A DNA stretch of 64,000 bases, from positions 88-64,087 of the forward strand of contig DAHUZI010000073.1 of NCBI GenBank assembly GCA_027306595.1, read 5' to 3'. The notes under the pieces are model-generated. The model made no database searches. It was given only the letters and a program-made list of their open reading frames with translations, and was not told the DNA's origin. Shown here piece after piece: positions 59,878-64,000 of this stretch. This DNA comes from Candidatus Dormiibacterota bacterium (GTDB lineage Bacteria; Chloroflexota; Dormibacteria; Aeolococcales; Bog-877). The position numbers and the translations under genes were made by a program. The first letter of the stretch is position 1, and every line of letters starts with the position of its first letter.

Positions 59878-60633
59878 TCAGGACCAGGTGACGTGGAGCT
59901 CCGACCGCCAGCGGTCGAGGAGCCGCGGGTCGCCGCGCACAGCGAGGCCCTCGCGGTCGCGACGATTCCAGAGGAGGCGGTACAGGGCGCTGGCCGGGCC
60001 GGCCACGGCGGTCGCGGCCGCCGCCGGCCCGAGGGTGACCGCGAGCCGGCCCCGGTCGCCCATCCGGATGATCCAGTCGCCCGGCACGTCGGTCGCGTGG
60101 ACCGAGAGGCTGCCGCCGGGCTCCCAGCTGAGGCGGCCCGACCTCGCCGCGAACCCCATGAGGAGCTCGTCGATCCCGTCCGCGGCGACGATGGGGGCGA
60201 CGGCCGACCCCCGGCCGGCCGCAGCCTCGAGGTCGACGCGGTGGATCGTGGTCTCGTGGAGCTGGCGCCGCGCCCAGAACGCCAGCGACGAGGCGGCCGG
60301 CAGGAACGTCCAGCAGCCGAGGTCAGGGGGCGCCGCCCGCAGGGCCGCGACGAGCGCCCGGTGCCCGTCGCCCGCCCAGGCCAGCAGGGCGGCGTCCGCC
60401 GGGCCGCCCGACAGGATCGCGAGCTCATCCGCCTCGGCCACCCGACCCGGGAGCCGCTCCGCGACGTATCGGGCGGCCCAGCGGTGAATGTATCCCAGAT
60501 GGCGCAGGAGCTGGCTCACGTTCCAGCCGGGGCAGGTCGGCACCGGCTGACCGAGCGCGCCCGCCCCGCCGGCGGCCTCGGCCAGCCGCGGTCCCTCGGC
60601 CTCCAGGGCTGCCGCCATCTCCTCGACCGTCAC
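59878..60633 (-). CDS. Mycothiol-dependent maleylpyruvate-isomerase-family (DinB/MDMPI_N) enzyme
   Basis: 251 aa from GTG 60633. VPTCPGWNVSQLLRHLGYIHRW and RRQLHETTIHRVDLE resemble the TIGR03083-type N-domain. Confidence 0.78.
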   Translation of the reverse strand: MTVEEMAAALEAEGPRLAEAAGGAGALGQPVPTCPGWNVSQLLRHLGYIHRWAARYVAERLPGRVAEADELAILSGGPADAALLAWAGDGHRALVAALRAAPPDLGCWTFLPAASSLAFWARRQLHETTIHRVDLEAAAGRGSAVAPIVAADGIDELLMGFAARSGRLSWEPGGSLSVHATDVPGDWIIRMGDRGRLAVTLGPAAAATAVAGPASALYRLLWNRRDREGLAVRGDPRLLDRWRSELHVTWS

Positions 60634-60689
60634 CGCCCGGGGAGTGTAGGGGGCGGAGGCGATCCCCGCCGACCTGCGATCCTGGGCTC

Positions 60690-61361
60690 GTGATCCGAGC
60701 CCTCGTCTTCGACTTCGACGGCGTCCTCGTGGACAGCGAGACGACCCACCTGGCGGTCTGGCGCACGGCCTTCCAGGCCCACGGCTGCGACTTCACGGAG
60801 GCCGAGTGGCGCACCTGCCTCGGCACCATCGGAGGGTTCGACCCCGTCGCCTCCCTGCGCGAGCGGAGCCGGGTCCCCGTCGCGGACGGGACCGAGGCCC
60901 GGGTCCACGCCGAGTACGAGGGCCTGGTCCGGGCGCGGGGGCTGATGCCGGGGGTCCGCGACTGGCTCGAGGCGGCCCGGCGCGCGGGGATCGGGACCGC
61001 GATCGCCTCCAGCTCCCGGCGGGAGTGGGTGCTGCCCTGGATCGAGGAGTTCGGGCTTCGCGACCACTTCGACCACGTCGCCTGCTACGACGGCCAGATC
61101 CCCGCCAAGCCCGCCCCCGACCTGTACCTGGCCGCCTGCACCGCGCTGGGCGCCCGGCCGGCCGAGGCGGTGGCGGTGGAGGACTCATCGAACGGGGTCG
61201 CCGCGGCGGTCGCGGCCGGCTGCTTCTGCGTCGCGGTGACCGGCGCCGCCGCCGATCCCCTCGCCGTCCGCCGGGCCGACCTCGTGCTCCCGACCCTGGC
61301 CGCCGAGCCCCTGGACGCGGTGATCGCCGCCGTGCACCGCCGCCGCGCCGCGGCGGGCTGA
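60690..61361 (+). CDS. HAD-superfamily phosphatase (beta-phosphoglucomutase-like, subfamily IA)
   Basis: 223 aa from GTG. Motif I VFDFDGVLVDSE, II AIASSS, III AKPAPD, IV VEDSSNGVAAAVAAG. Confidence 0.85.
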   Translation: MIRALVFDFDGVLVDSETTHLAVWRTAFQAHGCDFTEAEWRTCLGTIGGFDPVASLRERSRVPVADGTEARVHAEYEGLVRARGLMPGVRDWLEAARRAGIGTAIASSSRREWVLPWIEEFGLRDHFDHVACYDGQIPAKPAPDLYLAACTALGARPAEAVAVEDSSNGVAAAVAAGCFCVAVTGAAADPLAVRRADLVLPTLAAEPLDAVIAAVHRRRAAAG

Positions 61362-63938
61362 GCGGCGGGCTGAGCCCCGCGCGGGCGGCGCCCCGCCCGC
61401 GGTCGGTCGCGGGCCAACCACGGGGCGACGGAGCAGCCGACCGAAGGCGCCGACGGCGAAGAGGGCGAGCGCGGCCAGGGCCAGCGGCCACCACAGCGGC
61501 TGGCGGCCCCCGGCCGCGAGCGCCGCGAGATCACCGGCGGCGAGCACGGAGCCACCGGTGCGGACGGCCAGCTGGTCGAGGGGGGAGTCGCGGGCGGGGC
61601 CGGGCCGGAACTCGCTCGGGTACGGGATCGCCACCCAGCCGCTCGCCGCCAGCCGCTGCACCCCGCCGGAGTCGAGCTGGTACCGGTAGGCACCGGCCGC
61701 CAGCGGCGCCAGCGCCGCCCGGTAGAGTCCGGGGCCGACCGGCAGGAAGTCGACCCGGCGCATTCGGCCGCCGGCCGTCAGGCTGCCCGTGATCGCGGTG
61801 GGCCCGATGGGGTCGCCCCCGGCGGCGAGGTCGAGCCGAAGGGCGGGGGGTGAGCCGGGCACGACCTGCGGGCGCACGCGGTCGAGGCCCGCGGGCCGGT
61901 CGACCCAGCGCACGGCGCCAGCCCACAGGGCGGTCCGGCCGGCCCAGGCGCCCGCCCAGGGGGAGTCGAGGCCCGGGGTCCAGGCGAGCACCCGCCCCAG
62001 CCCCACCTGCCACTGGGCGAGGGCCGGGGCCAGGCCGCCGCCGATCCCGGTCGCAACCAGGTCCGCCTGCGCCCCCGGGCGCAGCTGGGTGAGGACGTTG
62101 CCGCCAAGGACCGGCAGGCGCGTCCCCGACAGCGAGCCGAGGACGGGGCTGTCGCGCCCCACCGCGACGGCGACGCGCCCGACCACGCTGACGGGCTTGA
62201 GGGCGAGCCGGGCCTCGAGGCCGAAGATGCGCGGGAGCTGGCGGGCGCTGTCGGTGGCGTAGGCGTGCCCTCCCGTGGCCCGGGCGATCGTGCCGAGGAG
62301 CTGGGTGTCGGCGCCGGGGCCGAGCGCCACGGTCGCGACCGGGACGTGCGCCCGCCGGAGGGCGACGAGGAGGGGCCGGTAGCTCTCGGGCTGGCTGATC
62401 CCGTCGGTCATGAGGATGATCCGCCGGGTCGGCGCCGTGCTCTCGACGACCTGGCGCGCGCCGGCGAGGAGCCCGGCGTAGATGTTCGTCCCCCCGTTCG
62501 CCTGGAGGGTGCCGATCCGGGCGAGCACCGCTCGCTCGACCGCTCCCGGCGCCAGCGCCTCGATCGGCACCAGCAGGTGGGCGGCGACGTCGAAGTCGAC
62601 GATCCCGAGGTCATCGCGGTGGGCGGCGGCGAACCGGGCGGTGGCAGCGGCGGCCGACCGTACGAGGTCGATCTCCGGCACCCCACCGGTCAGCTCCGCC
62701 ATGGAGCCGGAGTGGTCCAGCACCAGCTCGATCGCGACCCCCTTGCGCTGGGCCGCGGCGGGGACCGTGCTCGCGACCGGCAGGAGCGGGCCCAACGCTG
62801 AGCCTGCGTAGCCCCCGAGCGAGAAGCTGTGCGGACCGCCCAGAACGAGCAGGCCGAGCCCTGCGGTCCGGACGGCCTGGCCGAGCGCCCGGACCTGGGC
62901 CGGCGGCAGGTCGGCGGCTGGCAGGTCGTCGAGGACGACCGCGTCCACCGCCGCATAGCCGCCGGCGGTGACCGGCAGCCGTCCGGGTGCGACCACCGTC
63001 GCGGTGAGCCCCGCCCGCGCCAGCATCGTGGCGATCGTCCCGGGCGACCGGCCGCCCGCTCCGACGACGAGGGCGCGCGGCGGCGCCAGCACCCGGGTCA
63101 CGGCGGTGAGCGCGTCATTGACGGGCACCGCGTCGCCCGCCAGCCGGACCCGGACGGTGATCCGCTCCCAGCCGGGACGGCCGGCGGTGAGGCCGAGCAC
63201 GAGCGGGGTGTCGCCGACGTGCAGGGTCACCCGGACGGACCCGATCGGGGTACCGTCCCGCGCCAGCTCCAGGGTGGCCGGCGCGGCCACCGTGCTGCGG
63301 ATCGTGATCGGGAGCGGCAGCGGATCGCCGGCATGCACCGCCGCAGGGGCGTCGACCTCGGTCACCGCGGCATCGCGCCGAGCGGGATCGGCGAGCGGGA
63401 CGTAGTCGATCCGAACCCCGCGGCGGCGGGCCAGCGGCGCCGTCGCCAGCACGTTCCCCGCGGTCTGGGTCCCGTCCGCCAGGACCACCACGCGCCCGCC
63501 CGCGGGCGCGAGGGCGATCGCCGCGGCGACGCCCCGCTCGAGGTCGGTCGCGCCCGCGGCGCGGCCGACCGGCCGGCGAGCGGCGAGCGATCCGGACTGA
63601 TCGGGGATGACCGCGGCGGTTCGCGCGAACTGGACGACCCGGCAGGGACGCTGGCAGCGGGCGCGGGCGGCCCCCGCCCACGCCCGCTCGATCCCCGTCA
63701 TCCGCCGGTCGACCGTCGCCGACCGGTCCAGCGCCAGGACGACGGGGCTGCGCGCGCCACGGGCGAGCTGGGGCTGGGCGAGGCTCAGGATCAGAAGGCC
63801 GACGGCGCATCCCTCCAGCGCCATCCACCACCGCTGGCGGCGGCCGGTGCCGGGGAGGCGGCGCCGGAGGGTGACCGCCACGACCGCGCCCGGGACCAGG
63901 AGGCCGAGCCCCCACGGGGCGGCGAGGGAGAGGCTCAC
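61185..63938 (-). CDS. BatA-like membrane protein with VWA and glutamine-amidotransferase-like domains
   Basis: 917 aa. N-terminal two-TM aerotolerance-regulator-like segment. VWA MIDAS context LVLDHSGSM...GGTNIYAGL...ILMTDG. C-terminal TM LWWPLALAALALFAVGAF. The tail overlaps the HAD gene convergently by 177 nt. Confidence 0.8.
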   Translation of the reverse strand: MSLSLAAPWGLGLLVPGAVVAVTLRRRLPGTGRRQRWWMALEGCAVGLLILSLAQPQLARGARSPVVLALDRSATVDRRMTGIERAWAGAARARCQRPCRVVQFARTAAVIPDQSGSLAARRPVGRAAGATDLERGVAAAIALAPAGGRVVVLADGTQTAGNVLATAPLARRRGVRIDYVPLADPARRDAAVTEVDAPAAVHAGDPLPLPITIRSTVAAPATLELARDGTPIGSVRVTLHVGDTPLVLGLTAGRPGWERITVRVRLAGDAVPVNDALTAVTRVLAPPRALVVGAGGRSPGTIATMLARAGLTATVVAPGRLPVTAGGYAAVDAVVLDDLPAADLPPAQVRALGQAVRTAGLGLLVLGGPHSFSLGGYAGSALGPLLPVASTVPAAAQRKGVAIELVLDHSGSMAELTGGVPEIDLVRSAAAATARFAAAHRDDLGIVDFDVAAHLLVPIEALAPGAVERAVLARIGTLQANGGTNIYAGLLAGARQVVESTAPTRRIILMTDGISQPESYRPLLVALRRAHVPVATVALGPGADTQLLGTIARATGGHAYATDSARQLPRIFGLEARLALKPVSVVGRVAVAVGRDSPVLGSLSGTRLPVLGGNVLTQLRPGAQADLVATGIGGGLAPALAQWQVGLGRVLAWTPGLDSPWAGAWAGRTALWAGAVRWVDRPAGLDRVRPQVVPGSPPALRLDLAAGGDPIGPTAITGSLTAGGRMRRVDFLPVGPGLYRAALAPLAAGAYRYQLDSGGVQRLAASGWVAIPYPSEFRPGPARDSPLDQLAVRTGGSVLAAGDLAALAAGGRQPLWWPLALAALALFAVGAFGRLLRRPVVGPRPTAGGAPPARGSARRSARRGAAAVHGGDHRVQGLGGQGREHEVGPADGEGIGGGAGHRDAEAAGRDRRGDPVR

Positions 63939-64000
63939 CGGGCCAGCCGGGAGCCGGTCACGCCGCCGCGGCCCGGCCCCGGAACCAGGTCCACAGGCTC
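63935..64000 (-). CDS. 3-prime end of an upstream gene (product unknown; a DUF58/MoxR-type partner would be expected)
   Basis: Frame reads ...EPVDLVPGPGRGGVTGSRLAR stop. Its TGA overlaps the VWA gene GTG (GTGA). There is too little sequence to name it. Confidence 0.35.
   Translation of the reverse strand, partial: EPVDLVPGPGRGGVTGSRLAR

Noticed and set aside
1-64000. A search for tRNA, rRNA, tmRNA, SRP RNA or RNase P RNA genes and for prophage, IS or integrase signatures
   Set aside because: I found no T-loop/GTTCGA-type tRNA ends, no rRNA-like conserved blocks, and no recombinase, transposase or phage structural proteins in any frame. Absence is by visual inspection only and should be confirmed with tRNAscan- and Rfam-type tools.

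Overview
This is a visibly very GC-rich, actinobacterial-type chromosome segment (I estimate about 70% GC; not computed) that spans the replication origin. All calls rest on my own reading of the translations and sequence motifs; no searches were run.

Layout:
- Left arm, mostly minus strand: the tail of a BMP/nucleoside ABC transporter, then a three-gene reductive-pyrimidine/hydantoin operon (beta-ureidopropionase-like, dihydropyrimidinase, LLM-class oxidoreductase). These are followed by an amidase, an MFS transporter, adenine deaminase and mmsA.
- Next come two near-consensus parS sites and parA-parB-lepB-M20 on the plus strand.
- A padR-ABC efflux operon follows, then a long start/stop-overlapped operon: rpmH-rnpA-yidD-yidC-jag-lipoprotein-M16 peptidase-ndk.
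- Origin core: a GNAT gene, dnaA, a DnaA-box/AT-rich gap (probable oriC), dnaN, recF and a DUF721/DciA-like gene. gyrB, gyrA and rsmG are absent from the window.
- Right arm:
  - a GT28 glycosyltransferase;
  - an overlapped CelD-like GNAT-mshA-HAD trio;
  - merR and a dispersed menaquinone cluster (menF, menD, menH, menA, menB, menE; no menC), interrupted by an amidohydrolase, an orphan pstS and an MFS gene;
  - a DUF4388 protein coupled to a large lipoprotein;
  - a FemAB-family gene coupled to an acidic unknown;
  - folP (with an N-terminal extension) and folK;
  - an orphan family-5 SBP and a second amidase;
  - a CGNR zinc-finger gene divergent from an EF-G paralog that lacks the catalytic His;
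  - a mycothiol-dependent DinB-like enzyme, a HAD phosphatase and a BatA-like VWA protein.

I recognised no rRNA, tRNA, CRISPR array, transposase or integrase.

Most interesting observations:
- An LLM (probably F420-type) oxidoreductase sits where dihydropyrimidine dehydrogenase is expected.
- A HAD hydrolase overlaps the end of mshA and is a candidate for the unidentified mycothiol phosphatase.
- Two genes seem to need non-canonical starts: ATC for rpmH and CTG for a lipoprotein.
- Leaderless promoter architecture and GTGA/ATGA coupling are pervasive.
- Several operator-like palindromes and repeat arrays are present.

The many long ORFs antisense to real genes in the supplied track are GC-content artefacts.
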